Of a stretch of DNA of 64,000 nt, positions 43,501 through 59,000 are shown in pieces. The DNA is taken from assembly GCF_009914755.1 (NCBI RefSeq), contig NC_060933.1; one strand, 5' to 3'. The number at the start of each line of letters is the position of its first letter. Position 1 is the stretch's first letter. This DNA is from the human T2T-CHM13v2.0 reference genome, Homo sapiens. The notes beneath the pieces are model-generated. The model was not told the DNA's origin, searched no databases, and saw nothing but the letters and a program-made list of their open reading frames with translations. The position numbers and the translations under genes are program-made.

Positions 43501-45702
43501 CATTCCATTCTATTCCATATCATTCCTTTCCATTCCATTCCATTCCATTCCATTCCTATCCATTCCACTCGTGTTGATTCCATTGCTGTCTATTCCATTC
43601 GGTTTGAAGGCATTCCATTCCATTCCATTCCATTCCATTCCATTCCATTCCATTCCATTAGACTCGGGTTGATTCCATTCCATTGCATTCCATTCCATTC
43701 CATTCCATTCCATTCCGTTGCATTCCATTCCATTACATTCGGATTGATTCTATTCAACCCCCCATTACTCTCCATTACATTCCATTCCATTCAGGTTGTT
43801 CCATTCCATTTCATTCCATTCCACTCCATTCCCCTGCACTCGCGTTGATTCCATTCCATTCCATTCCATTCCATTCCATTCCGTTCCGTTCCATTCCATT
43901 CCATTCCATTCCATTCCATTCCATTCCGTTCCGTTCCATTCCATTCCATTCCATTCTATTCGGGTTAATTCCATTTCATTCCATTCGATTGCAATCGAGT
44001 TGATTCCATTCCATTTCATTCCATTCCATTCCATTCCATTCCATACCATTCCTTTCCATTCCATTACGGATGATTCCATTCCATTGCATTCCATTCCATT
44101 CCATTCCCCTGCACTCGCGTTGATTCCATTCCATTCCATTCCATTCCATTCCATTCCATTCCATTCCATTCCGTTCCGTTCCGTTCCGTTCCATTCCATT
44201 CCATTCCATTCCATTCCATTCCATTCCGTTCCATTCCATTCCATTCCATTCTATTCTGGTTAATTCCATTCCATTCCATTCGATTGCAATCTAGTTGATT
44301 CCATTCCATTAAATTGCATTCCATTCCATTCCATTCCTTTCCATTCCATTACGGATGATTCCATTCCATTGCATTCCATTCCATTCCATTCCCCTGTATT
44401 CGGGTTGATTCCATTCCATTCCATTCCAATCCATGCCATTCCACTCGTGTTGATTCCATTCTTTCCATTCCATTCAAGTTGAATCCATTCTATTGCATTC
44501 CATTCCATTCGATTCCATTCGATTGCACTTGGGTTGATTCCATTCCATTGCATTCCATTCCATTCCATTCCATTCCATTCCATTCCGTTCCATTCCATTC
44601 CATTACATTCGGATTGATTCTATTCAACTCCCTTACTCTCCATTACATTCCATTCCATTCGGGTTGTTCCATTCCATTCCATTGCATTCCACTCCATTCC
44701 ATTGCACTGGGGTTGATTCCATTCCATGCCATTCCATTCCATTCCATTCCATTCCGGAAGATTCCATTCCATTGCATTCCATTCCATTCCATTCCCCTGC
44801 ACTCGCGTTGATTCCATTCCATTCCATTCTATTCCATTCCATTCCCTTCCTTTCCGTTCCATTCCATTCCATTCCATTCCATTCCATTCCATTCCGTTCC
44901 GTTCCCTTCCATTCCATTCCATTCCATTCTATTCGGGTTAATTCCATTCCATTCAATTCGATTGCAATCGAGTTGATTCCATTCCATTCCATTCCATTCC
45001 ATTCCTTTCCATTCCATTACGGATGATTCCATTACATTGCATTCCATTCCATTCCATTCCCCTGTACTCGGGTTGATTCCATTCCATTCCATTCCAATCC
45101 TTGCCATTCCACTCGTGTTGATTCTATTCTTTCCATTCCATTCAAGTTGAATCCATTCCATTGCATTCCATTCCATTCGATTCCATTCGATTGCACTCTG
45201 GTTGATTCCATTCCATTGCATTCCATTCCATTCCATTCCATTCCATTCCATTCCGTTCCATTCCATTTCATTACATTCAGATTGATTCTATTCAATTCCC
45301 TTACACTCCATTATATTCAAATCCATTCTGGTTGTCTCCATTCCATTCCATTCCATTTCACTCCATTCCATTGCACTCGGGTTGATTCCATTCCATTCCA
45401 TTCCATTGCATTCCATTCCATTCCATTCCGGATGATTCCATTCCATTGCATTCCATTCCATTCCACTCCCCTGCACTCGGGTTGAATCCATTCCATTCCA
45501 TTCCATTACATTCCGTTCCATTCCATTCCATTCCATTCCATTCGGTTTGATTCTATTCAATTCCCTTACACTCCATTACATTCCATTCCATTCGGGTAGA
45601 TTCCATTCCATTCCATTCCATTCGGGTAGTTTCAATTCCATTCCATTCCATTCCTCTCCATTCCGTTGCACTCGGGTTGATTCCATTCCATTCCATTCCA
45701 TT
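40506..45702 (+). repeat. ~5.19-kb higher-order unit, copy 2 of 3 (mosaic of copy 3-like and copy 1-like parts)
   Basis: Same markers as copy 1. It shares 5' variants with copy 3 and 3' variants (CAACCCCCCATTA at about 43755, CCGCTGCGTTGCG, CGGACTGATT) with copy 1. Confidence 0.93.
41521..41535. promoter_or_regulatory. Perfect 3-unit heat-shock element match (nTTCn-nGAAn-nTTCn); representative of about 25 sites in the window
   Basis: Seen: ATTCC GGAAG ATTCC. Established: an HSF1 trimer binds three alternating nGAAn units, and HSF1 is recruited to Satellite III on heat shock. Occupancy of this particular site is inference only. Confidence 0.5.
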
Positions 45703-48700
45703 CCATTCCGTTCCGTTCCATTCCATTCCATTCCATTCTATTCGGGTTAATTCCATTCCATTCCATTCGATTGCAGTCGAGTTGATTCCATTCAATTCCA
45801 TTCCATTCCATTCCATTCCATTCCATTACGGATTATTCCATTCCATTGCATTCCATTCCATTCCATTCCCCTGTACTCGGGTTGATTCCATTCCATTCCA
45901 TTCCAATCGATGCCATTCCACTCGTGTTGATTCCATTCTTTCCATTCCATTCAAGTTGAATCCATTCCATTGCATTCCATTCCATTCGATTCCATTCGAT
46001 TGCACTCGGGTTGATTCCGTTCCATTGCATTCCATTCCATTCCATTCCATTCCATTCCATTCCATTCCATTCCGTTCCATTCCTTTCCATTACATTCGGA
46101 TTGATTCTATTCAATTCCCTTACACTCCATTCCATTCCTTTCCATTCCATTCCATTCCGTTCCATTCCATTCCATTACATTCGGATTGATTATATTCAAT
46201 TCCCTCACACTCCATTACATTCCATTCCATTCGGGTAGTTTCCATTCCATTCCATTCCATTCCTCTCCATTCCATTGTACTCGGGTTGATTCCATTCCAT
46301 TGCATTACATTCCATTCCATTCAATTCCTTTCCGTTCCATTCCATTCCATTACATTCAGATTGATTCTGTTCAACTCCCTTACTCTCCATTATATTCCAT
46401 TCCATTCGGGTTGTTCCATTCCATTCCATTCCATTCCACTCCATTCCATTGCACTCGGGTTTATTCCATTCCATTCCATTCCATTCCATTCCATTCAATT
46501 CCATTCCATTACAATTCGTTCCATTCCATTCTATTCCGTACCATTCCATTCGATTCCATACCATTCAATTCCATTCCATTACGTTCCATTCCGTTCCATT
46601 CCATACCATTCCATTCTATTCGGATTAATTCCATTCCATTCCATTCCATTCTATTCCATTCCATTGCAATCGAGTTGAATCCGTTGCATTTCATTCCATT
46701 CCAATCCATTCCATTCCATTCCGGAAGATTCCATTCCATTGCATTCCATTCCATTCCATTCCCCTGCACTCGCGTTGATTCCATTCCATTCCATTCCATT
46801 CCATTCCATTCCATTCCGTTCCGTTCCATTCCATTCCTTTCCATTCCATTCCGTTCCGTTCCATTCCATTCCATTCCATTCTATTCTGGTTAATTCCATT
46901 CCATTCCATTCGATTGCAATCGAGTTGATTCCATTCCATTCCATTCCATTCCATTCCATTCCATTCCATTCCTTTCCATTACATTACGGATGATTCCATT
47001 CCATTGCATTCCATTCCATTCCATTCCCCTGTACTCGGGTTGATTCCATTCCATTCCATTCCAATCCATGCCATTCCACTCGTGTTGATTCCATTCTTTC
47101 CATTCCATTCAAGTTGAATCCATTCCATTGCATTCCATTCCATTCGATTCCATTCGATTGCACTCGGGTTGATTCCATTCCATTGCATTCCATTCCATTC
47201 CATTCCATTCCATTGCATTCCATTCCATTCCGTTCCATTCCATTTCATTACATTCAGATTGATACTATTCAATTCCCTTACACTGCATTATATTCCAATC
47301 CATTCTGGTTGTTTCCATTTCATTCAATTCCATTTCACTCCATTCCATTGCACTCGGGTTGATTCCATTCCATTCCATTCCATTGCATTCCATTCCATTC
47401 CATTCCGGATGATTCCATTCCATTGCATTCCATTCCATTCCATTACATTCCGTTCCATTCCATTCCATTCCATTCGGATTGATTCTATTCAATTCCCTTA
47501 CACTCCATTACATTCCATTCCATTCGGGTAGTTTCCATTCCATTCCATTCCATTCTTCTCCATTCTATTGCACTCGGGTTGACTCCATTCCATTCCATTC
47601 CATTCCATTCCATTACATTACATTACATTACATTCCGTTCCATTGTACTCGGGTTGATTCCATTCCATTTCATTCCATTCCATTCCATTCCATTCCATTC
47701 CGTTCCATTCCATTACATTCGGATTGATTCTATACAACTCCCTTACTCTCCATTACATTCCATTCCATTCGGGTTGTTCCATTCCATTCCATTCCATTCC
47801 ACTCCATTCCATTGCACACGGGTTGATTCCATTCCATTCCATTCCATTCCATTCCATTCCATTCCGTTCCATCCCATTCTGGATGATTCCATTCCATTGC
47901 ATTCCGTTCCATTACATTACCCTGCACTCGGGTTGATTCCATTCCATTCCATTCCATCCCATTCGATTCCATTCCATTCCAATTCTTCCCATTCCATTCT
48001 ATTCCGTACCATTCCATTACATTCCATACAATTCCATTCCATTCCATTCCACTCCGTTCCGTTGCGTTGCGTTCCGTTCCGTTCCGTTCCATTCCATTCC
48101 ATTCCATTCTATTCGGTTTAATTCCATTCCATTCCATTCCATTCCATTCTATTCCATTCCATTGCAATCGAGTTGAATCCATTGCATTCCATTCCATTCC
48201 ATTCCATTCCATTCCATTCCATTCCATTGTACTCGGGTTGATTCCATTCCATTGCATTCCATTCCATTCCATTCCATTCCATTCCATTCCATTCCATTCC
48301 ATTCTGTTCCATTCCATTGTACTCGATTTGATTCCATTCCATTGAATTCCATTCCATTCCATTCCATTCCATTCCGTTCCATTCCATTCCATTACATTCG
48401 GATTGATTCTTTTCAACTCCCTTACTCTCCATTACATTCCATTCCATTCGGGTTGTTCCATTCCATTCCATTCCATTCCATTACATTCCATTCCATTCCA
48501 GTCCTTTCCATTCCATTCCACTCGGGTTGATTCCATTCTATTAGTTTCCATTCCATTCCATTCCCTTCCATTCCAGTCTGGTTGATTCCATTCCTTTCCA
48601 TTCCACTCGAATGCATTCCCTCCTATCCACTCGGAACGATTCCATTCCATTCCATTCCATTCCATTCCATTCTATTTCGTTCCATTCCATTCTATTCCAT

Positions 48701-50872
48701 ATCATTCCTTTCCATTCCATTCCATTCCATTCCATTCCTATCCATTCCACTCGTGTTGATTCCATTGCTGTCTATTCCATTCGGTTTGAAGGCATTCCAT
48801 TCCATTCCATTCCATTCCATTCCATTCCATTCCATTCCATTCCATTAGACTCGGGTTGATTCCATTCCATTGCATTCCATTCCATTCCATTCCATTCCAT
48901 TCCGTTGCATTCCATTCCATTACATTCGGATTGATTCTATTCAACTCCCTTACTCTCCATTACATTCCATTCCATTCGGGTTGTTCCATTCCATTTCATT
49001 CCATTCCACTCCATTCCCCTGCACTCGCGTTGATTCCATTCCATTCCAGTCCATTCCATTCCATTCCGTTCCGTTCCATTCCATTCCATTCCATTCCATT
49101 CCATTCCGTTCCGTTCCATTCCATTCCATTCCATTCTATTCGGGTTAATTCCATTTCATTCCATTCGATTGCAATCGAGTTGATTCCATTCCATTTCATT
49201 CCATTCCATTCCATTCCATTCCATACCATTCCTTTCCATTCCATTACGGATGATTCCATTCCATTGCATTCCATTCCATTCCATTCCCCTGCACTCGCGT
49301 TGATTCCATTCCATTCCATTCCATTCCATTCCATTCCATTCGATTCCGTTCCGTTCCGTTCCGTTCCTTTCCATTCCATTCCATTCCATTCCATTCCATT
49401 CCGTTCCATTCCATTCCATTCCATTCTATTCTGGTTAATTCCATTCCATTCCATTCGATTGCAATCTAGTTGATTCCATTCCATTAAATTGCATTCCATT
49501 CCATTCCATTCCTTTCCATTCCATTACGGATGATTCCATTCCATTGCATTCCATTCCATTCCATTCCCCTGTACTCGGGTTGATTCCATTCCATTCCATT
49601 CCAATCCATGCCATTCCACTCGTGTTGATTCCATTCTTTCCATTCCATTCAAGTTGAATCCATTCTATTGCATTCCATTCCATTCGATTCCATTCGATTG
49701 CACTTGGGTTGATTCCATTCCATTGCATTCCATTCCATTCCATTCCATTCCATTCCATTCCGTTCCATTCCATTCCATTACATTCGGATTGATTCTATTC
49801 AACTCCCTTACTCTCCATTACATTCCATTCCATTCGGGTTGTTCCATTCCATTCCATTGCATTCCACTCCATTCCATTGCACTGGGGTTGATTCCATTCC
49901 ATGCCATTCCATTCCATTCCATTCCATTCCGGAAGATTCCATTCCATTGCATTCCATTCCATTCCATTCCCCTGCACTCGCGTTGATTCCATTCCATTCC
50001 ATTCTATTCCATTCCATTCCCTTCCTTTCCGTTCCATTCCATTCCATTCCATTCCATTCCATTCCGTTCCGTTCCCTTCCATTCCATTCCATTCCATTCT
50101 ATTCGGGTTAATTCCGTTCCATTCAATTCGATTGCAATCGAGTTGATTCCATTCCATTCCATTCCATTCCATTCCTTTCCATTCCATTACGGATGATTCC
50201 ATTACATTGCATTCCATTCCATTCCATTCCCCTGTACTCGGGTTGATTCCATTCCATTCCATTCCAATCCTTGCCATTCCACTCGTGTTGATTCCATTCT
50301 TTCCATTCCATTCAAGTTGAATCCATTCCATTGCATTCCATTCCATTCGATTCCATTCGATTGCACTCGGGTTGATTCCATTCCATTGCATTCCATTCCA
50401 TTCCATTCCATTCCATTCCATTCCGTTCCATTCCATTTCATTACATTCAGATTGATTCTATTCAATTCCCTTACACTCCATTATATTCAAATCCATTCTG
50501 GTTGTCTCCATTCCATTCCATTCCATTTCACTCCATTCCATTGCACTCGGGTTGATTCCATTCCATTCCATTCCATTGCATTCCATTCCATTCCATTCCG
50601 GATGATTCCATTCCATTGCATTCCATTCCATTCCACTCCCCTGCACTCGGGTTGAATCCATTCCATTCCATTCCATTACATTCCGTTCCATTCCATTCCA
50701 TTCCATTCCATTCGGTTTGATTCTATTCAATTCCCTTACACTCCATTACATTCCATTCCATTCGGGTAGATTCCATTCCATTCCATTCCATTCGGGTAGT
50801 TTCAATTCCATTCCATTCCATTCCTCTCCATTCCGTTGCACTCGGGTTGATTCCATTCCATTCCATTCCATT
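45703..50872 (+). repeat. ~5.17-kb higher-order unit, copy 3 of 3
   Basis: Ends after the TTCGGGTAGATT...TTCGGGTAGTTT marker (40394/45591/50761); the sequence diverges from copies 1-2 after about 50870. Confidence 0.92.
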
Positions 50873-53800
50873 CCATTCAATTCCATTACATTACATTACA
50901 TTCCGTTCCATTGTACTCGGGTTGATTCCATTCCATTGCATTCCATTCCATTCCATTCCATTCCATTACATTCCATTCCATTCCATTACATTCGGATTGA
51001 TTCTATTCAACTCCCTTACTCTCCATTACATTCCATTCCCTTCGGGTTGTTCCATTCCATTCCATTCCATTACATTCCGTTCGATTCCATTCCACTCGAG
51101 TTGATTTCATTCCATTCCTTTCCATTCCATTCCATTCCTTTCCACTCGTGTTGATTCCATTCCATTCCATTCCATTGCATTCCATTCCATTCCATTCCAT
51201 TCCATTCCATTCCATTCCATTCCGTTCCATTCAATTTCATTACATTCAGATTCATTCTATTCAATTCCCTTACACTCCATTATATTCCAATCCATTCTGG
51301 TTGTTTCCATTCCATTCCATTACATTTCACTCCATTCCATTGCACTCGGGTTGATTCCATTGCATTCCATGCCATTGCATTCCATTCCATTCCATTCCGG
51401 ATGATTACTTTCCATTGCATTCCATTCCATTCCATTCCCCTGCACTCGGGTTGATTCCATTCCATTCCATTCCATTACATTCCGTTCGATTCCATTCCAT
51501 TCCATTCGGATTGATTCTATTCAGTTCCCTTACACTCCATTACATTCCATTCCATTCGGGTAGTTTCCATTCCATTCCATTCCATTCCTCTCCATTCCAT
51601 TGCACTCGGGTTGATTCCATTCCATTCCATTCCATTCCATTCCATTACATTCCATTCCATTCCATTCCGTTCCATTGTACTCGGGTTGTTCCATTCCATT
51701 CCATTCCATTCCACTCCAATCCATTCCATTCCATTCCATTCCATTCCATTCCATTCCATTCCATTGTACTCGGATTGATTCCATTCCATTGCATTCCATT
51801 CCATTCCACTCCGTTGCATTCCATTCCATTACATTCGGATTGATTCTATTCAACTCCCTTACTCTCCATTACATTCCCTTCCATTCGGGTTGTTCCATTC
51901 CATTCCATTCCATTCCACTCCATTCCATTGCACTCGGGTTGATTCCATTCCATTCCATTCCATTCCATTCCATTCAATTCCATTCCATTACAATTCGTTC
52001 CATTCCATTCTATTCCATACCATTCCATTCCATTCCATACCATTCCATTCCATTCCATTCCATTCCATTCCATTCGGTTCCATTCCGTTCCATTCCATTC
52101 CATTCCACTCTATTCGGGTTAATTCCATTCCATTCCATTCTATTCCATTCCATTCTATTCCATTCCATTGCAATCGAGTTGAATCCATTGCATTTCATTC
52201 CATTCCATTCCATTCCATTCCATTCCGGAACATTCCATTCCATTGCATTCCATTCCATTCCATTCTCCTGAACTCGCGTTGATCCCATTCCATTCCATTC
52301 CATTCCATTCCATTCCGTTCCATTCCATTCCATTCCATTCCATTCCATTCCATTCCATTCCGGAAGATTCCATTCTATTGCATTCCATTCCATTCCATTC
52401 CATTCCATTCCATTCCATTCCATTCCATTGTACTCGGGTTGATTCCATTCCATTGCATTCCATTCCATTCCATTCCATTCCCTTCCATTCCATTCCATTA
52501 CATTCGGATTGATTCTATTCAACTCCCTTACTCTCCATTACATTCCATTCAATTCGGGTTGTTCCATTCCATTCCATTCCATTCCACTCCATTCCATTGC
52601 ACTCGGGTTGATTCCATTCCATTCCATTCCATTCCATTCCGGATGATTCCATTCCATTGCATTCCGTTCCATTACATTCCCCTGCACTCGGGTTGATACC
52701 ATTCCATTCCATTCCATTCCATTCGATTCCATTCCATTCCCCTGCACTCGCGTTGATTCCATTCCATTCCATTCCATTCCATTCCATTCCATTCCATTCC
52801 TTTCCATTCCAGTCCTTTCCATTCCATTCCACTCGGGTTGATTCCATTCTATTACTTTCCATTCCATTCCATTCCCTTCCATTCCACTCTGGTTGATTCC
52901 ATTCCTTTCCATTCCACTCGAATACATTCCCTCCTATTCCAATCGGAAAGATTCCATGCCATTCCTTTCCATTCCATTCCATTCCATTCCATTCCATTTC
53001 GTTCCATTCCATTCTATTCCGTATCATTCCATTCCATTCCATTCCGTTCCATTCCATTCCATTCCATTCCATTCCACTCGTGTTGATTCCATTCCTTTCC
53101 ATTCCATTCGGTTTGAAGGCATTCCATTCCATTCCATTCCATTCCATTCCATTCCATTCCATTCCATTGTACTCGGGTTGATTCCATTCCATTGCATTCC
53201 ATTCCATTCCATTCCATTCCATTCCGTTGCATTCCATTCCATTACATTCGGATTGATTCTATTCAACTCCCTTACTCTCCATTACATTCCATTCCATTCG
53301 GGTTGTTCCATTCCATTCCATTCCATTCCACTCCATTCCATTGCACTTGGGTTGAATCCATTCCATTCCATTCCATTCCATTCCATTCCGGAAGATTCCA
53401 TTCCATTGCATTCCGTTCCATTACATTCCCCTGCACTCGCGTTGATTCCATTCCATTCCATTCAATTCCATTCCATTACAATTCATTCCATTCCATTCTA
53501 TTCCGTACCATTCCATTCCATTCCATACCATTCCATTCCATTCCATTCCGTTCCATTCCGTTCCATTCCATTCCATTCCTTTCTATTCGGGTTAATTCCA
53601 TTGCATTCCATTCCATTCCATTCCATTCTATTCCATTCCATTGCAATCGAGTTGAATCCATTGCATTTCATTCCATTCCATTCCATTCCGAAAGATTCCA
53701 TTCCATTGCATTCCATTCCATTCCATTCCCCTGCACTCGCGTTGATTCCATTCCATTCCATTCCATTCCATTCCATTCCATTCCATTCCGTTCCGTTCCG

Positions 53801-55810
53801 TTCCATTCCATTCCATTCCATTCCATTCCATTCCGTTCCGTTCCATTCCATTCCATTCCATTCTATTCGGGTTAATTCCATTCCATTCCATTCGATTGCA
53901 ATCGAGTTGATTCCATTACATTCCATTCCATTCCATTCCATTCCTTTCCATTGCATTACGGATGATTCCATTCCATTGCATTCCATTCCATTCCATTCCC
54001 CTGTACTCGGGTTGATTCCATTCCATTCCATTCCAATCCATGCCATTCCACTCGTGTTGATTCCATTCTTTCCATTCCATTCAAGTTGAATCCATTCCAT
54101 TGCATTCCATTCCATTCGATTCCATTCGATTGCACTCGGGTTGATTCCATTCCATTGCATTCCATTCCATTCGATTCAATTCCATTCCGTTCCATTCCAT
54201 TCCATTACATTCGGGTTGATTCTATTTAACTCCCTTACTCTCCATTACATTAAATTCCATTCGGGTTCTTCCATTCCATTCCATTCCATTCCACTCCATT
54301 CCATTGCACTCGGGTTGATTCCATTCCATTCCATTCCATTCCATTCCATTCCATTCCGGATGATTCCATTCCATTGCATTCCATTCCATTCCATTCCCCT
54401 GCACTCGCGTTGATTCCATTCCATTCCATTCTATTCCATTCCATTCCTTTCCTTTCCGTTCCATTCCATTCCATTCCATTCCATTCCATTCCATTCCGTT
54501 CCGTTCCATTCCATTCCATTCCATTCTATTCGGGTTAATTCCATTCCATTCCATTTGATTGCAATCGAGTTGATTCCATTCCATTCCATTCCATTCCATT
54601 CCATTCCATTCCATTCCATTCCTTTCCATTCCATTACGGATGATTCCATTCCATTGCATTCCATTCCATTCCATTCCCCTCTACTCGGGTTGATTCCATT
54701 CCATTCCATTCCAATCCTTGCCATTCCACTCGTGTTGATTCCATTCTTTCCATTCCATTCAAGTTGAATCCATTCCATTGCATTCCATTCCATTCGATTC
54801 CATTCGATTGCACTCGGGTTGATTCCATTCCATTGCATTCCATTCCATTCCATTCCATTCCATTCCATTCCATTCCGTTCCATTCCTTTTCATTACATTC
54901 AGATTGATTCTATTCAATTCCCTTAGACTCCATTATATTCCAATCCATTCTGGTTGTTTCCATTCCATTCCATTCCATTTCACTCCATTCCATTGCACTC
55001 GGGTTGATTGCATTCCATTCCATTCCATTGCATTCCATTCCATTCCATTCCGGATGATTCCATTCCATTGCATTCCATTCCATTCCATTCCCCTGCACTC
55101 GGGTTGATTCCATTCCATTCCATTCCATTACATTCCGTTCCATTCCATTCCATTCCATTCGGATTGATTCTATTCAATTCCCTTACACTCCATTACATTC
55201 CATTCCATTCGGGTAGTTTCCATTCCATTCTATTCCATTCCTCTCCATTCCATTGCACTCGGGTTGATTCCATTCCATTGCATTCCATTCCATGCCATTC
55301 CATTCCATTCCGTTGCATTCCATTCCATTCCATTCCATTCCATTTTACTCGGGTTGATTCCATTCCATTGCATTCCATTCCATTCCATTCCATTCCGTTG
55401 CATTCCATTCCATTACATTCGGATTGATTCTATTCAACTCCCTTACTCTCCATTACATTACATTCCATTCGGGTTGTTCCATTCCATTCCATTCCATTCC
55501 ACTCCATTCCATTGCACTCGGGTTGATTCCATTCCATTCCATTCCATTCCATTCCATTCCGGATGATTCCATTCCATTGCATTCCGCTCCATTTCATTCC
55601 CCTGCACTCGCGTTGATTCCATTCCATTCCATTCCATTCCATTCAATTCCATTCCATTACAGTTCGTTCCATTCCATTCTATTCCGTACCATTCCATTCC
55701 ATTCCATACCATTCCATTCCATTCCATTCCATTCCATTCCGTTCCATTCCGTTCCATTCCATTCCATTCTATTCTATTCGGGTTATTTCCATTCCATTCC
55801 ATTCCATTCC

Positions 55811-56048
55811 ATTCTATTCCATTCCATTGCAATCGAGTTGAATCCATTGCATTTCATTCCATTCCATTCCTTCCATTCCATTCCGGAAGATTCCATTCCA
55901 TTGCATTCCATTCCATTCCATTCCATTCCATTCTATTCCATTCCATTGCAATCGAGTTGAATCCATTGCATTTCATTCCATTCCATTCCATTCCATTCCA
56001 TTCCGGAAGATTCCATTCCATGGCATTCCATTCCATTCCATTCCCCTG
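55811..56048 (+). repeat. 119-bp tandem duplication containing the GGAAG module
   Basis: ATTCTATTCCATTCCATTGCAATCGAGTTGAATCCATTGCATTTC at 55811 and 55930; the first copy has a 1-bp deletion near 55870. Confidence 0.82.
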
Positions 56049-59000
56049 CACTCGCGTTGATTCCATTCCATTCCATTCCATTGCATTCCATTCCATTCCA
56101 TTCCGTTGCGTTCCGTTCCATTCCATTCCATTCCATTCCATTCCGTTCCGTTCCATTCCATTCCCTTCCATTCTATTCGGGTTAATTCCATTCCATTCCA
56201 TTCGATTGCAATCGAGTTGATTCCATTCCATTCCATTCCATTCCATTCCATTCCATTCCTTTCCATTCCATTTCGGATGATTCCATTCCATTGCATTCCA
56301 TTCCATTCCATTCCCCTGTACTCGGTTTGATTCCATTCCATTCCATTCCAATCCATGCCATTCCACTCGTGTTGATTCCATTCTTTCCATTCCATTCAAG
56401 TTGAATCCATTCCATTGCATTCCATTCCATTGGATTCCATTCGATTGCACTCGGGTTGATTCTATTAGATTGCATTCCATTCCATTCCATTCCATTCCAT
56501 TACTTTCCGTTCCAATCCATTCCATTACATTCGGATTGATTCTATTCAATTCCCTTACGCTCCATTACATTCCATTCCATTCGGGTAGTTTCCATTGCAT
56601 TCCATTCCATTCCTCTCCATTCCATTGCACTCGGGTTGATTCCATTCCATTGCATTCCATTCCATTCCATTCAATTCCATTCCGTTCCATTCCATTCCAT
56701 TACATTCGGATTAATTCTATTCAACTCCCTTACTCTCCATTACATTCCATTCCATTCGGGTTGTTCCATTCCATTCCATTCCATTCCATTCCACTCCATT
56801 CCATTGCACTCGGGTTGATTCCATTCCATTGCATTCCATTCCATTCCATTCCATTCCATTCCGGATGATTCCATTCCATTACATTCCGTTCCGTTACATT
56901 CCCCTGCACTCGGGTTGATTCCATTCCATTCCATTCCATTCCATTCGATTCCATTACATTACAATTCTTTCCATTCCATTCTATTCCGTACCATTCCATT
57001 CCATTCCATACAAATCCATTGCATTCCATTCCATTGGGTTCCGTTCCATTCCGTTCCGTTCCGTTCCGTTCCATTACATTCCATTCCATTCTATTCGGGT
57101 TAATTCCATTCCATTCCATTCCATTCCATTCTATTCCATTCCATTGCAATCGAGTTGAATCCATTGCATTCCATTCCATTCAATTCCATTCCGGAAGATT
57201 CCATTCCATTCCATTCCATTCCATTCCATTCCGGAACATTCCATTCCATTGCATTCCATTCCATTCCATTCCATTCCCCTGCACTCGCGATGATTCCATT
57301 CCATTCCATTCCATTCCCTTCCTTTCCTTTCCATTCCATTCCATTCCATTCCGTTCCGTTGCATTCCATTCCATTCCACTCTATTCGGGTTAATTCCATT
57401 CCATTCCATTCGATTGCAATCGAGTTGATTCCATTCCATTCCATTCCATTCCATTCCATTCCATTCCTTTCCATTCCATTACGGATGATTCCATTCCATT
57501 GCATTCCATTCCATTCCATTCCCGTGTACTCGGGTAGATTCCATTCCATTCCATTCCAATCCATGCCATTCCACTCGTGTTGATTCCATTCTTTCCATTC
57601 CATTCAAGTAGAATCCATTCCATTGCATTCCATTCCATTCGATTCCATTCGATTGCACTCGGGTTGATTCCATTCCATTGCATTCCACTCCATTCCATTC
57701 CATTCCATTCCATTCCATTCCGTTCCATTCCATTTCATTATATTCAGATTGATTCTATTCAATTCCCTTACACTCCATTATATTCCAATCCATTCTGGTT
57801 GTCTCCATTCCATTCCATTCCATTTCACTCCATTCCATTGCACTCGGGTTGATTCCATTCCATTCCATTCCATTCTATTCCATTCCGGATGATTCCATTC
57901 CATTGCATTCCATTCCATTCCATTCCCCTGCACTCGGGTTGATTCCATTCCATTCCATTCCATTACATTCCGTTCCATTCCATTCCATTCCATTCGGATT
58001 GATTCTATTCAATTGCCTTACACTCCATTACATTCCATTCCATTCGGGTAGTTTCCTTTCCATTCCATTCCATTCCTCTCCATTCCATTGTTCTCGGGTT
58101 GATTCCATTCCATTGCATTCCATTCCATTCCATTCCCCTGCACTCACGTTGATTCCATTCCATTCCATTCCGTTCCATTCCATTCCATTCCATTCCATTC
58201 TATTCGGGTTAATTCCATTCCATTCCATTCGATTGCAATCGAGTTGATTCCATTCCATTCCATTCCATTCCTTTCCATTCCATTACGGATGATTCCATTC
58301 CATTGCATTCCATTCCATTCCATTCCCCTGTACTCGGGTTGATTCCATTCCATTCCATTCCAATCCATGCCATTCCACTCGTGTTGATTCCATTCTTTCC
58401 ATTCCATTCAAGTTGAATCCATTCCATTGCATTCCATTCCATTCCATTCCCCTGCAGTAGGGTTGATTCCATTCCATTCCATTCCATTCCATTCCATTCC
58501 ATTCCATTCCGTTACATTCCATTCCATTCCATTCTATTCGGGTTAATTCCATTCCATTCCATTCCATTCCATTCCATTCCATTCCAATCGAGTTGATTCC
58601 AGTCCATTCCATTCCATTCCATTCCACTCCATTCCAGTCCTTTCCATTCCATTCCACTCGGGTAGATTCCAATGTATTCCTTTCCTTTCCATTCCATTCC
58701 ATTGCAATCGAGTTGATTCCATTGCTTTGCATTCCATTCCATTCCATTCCATTCCGGATGATTCCATTCCATTGCATTCCATTCCATTCTAATCCCGTGC
58801 ACTCGGGTTGATTCCATTCCATTCCACTCCATTCCGTTGTATTCCATTCCATTCCATTATATTCGGGTTAATTCCATTCCATTCCATTCCATTCCATTCC
58901 ATTCCATTCCATTCCATTCCATTACAATCGAGTTGATTCCATTCCATTCCATTCCATTCCAGTCCTTTCCATTCCATTCCACTCGGGTGGATTCCATTCT

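Noticed and set aside
35320-50872. Assignment to DYZ1 (3.6-kb) or the chr15 1.8-kb HSat3 unit
   Set aside because: The observed periods (about 5.19, 2.4, 1.15, 0.98 and 0.83 kb) are local and match neither unit.
52893-54089. 398-aa plus-strand ORF (IPFHS repeats) and all similar plus-strand ORFs
   Set aside because: Same artefact on the (CATTC)n strand. Paralogous copies open and close frames through 5-bp and 1-bp indels, which shows no coding constraint.
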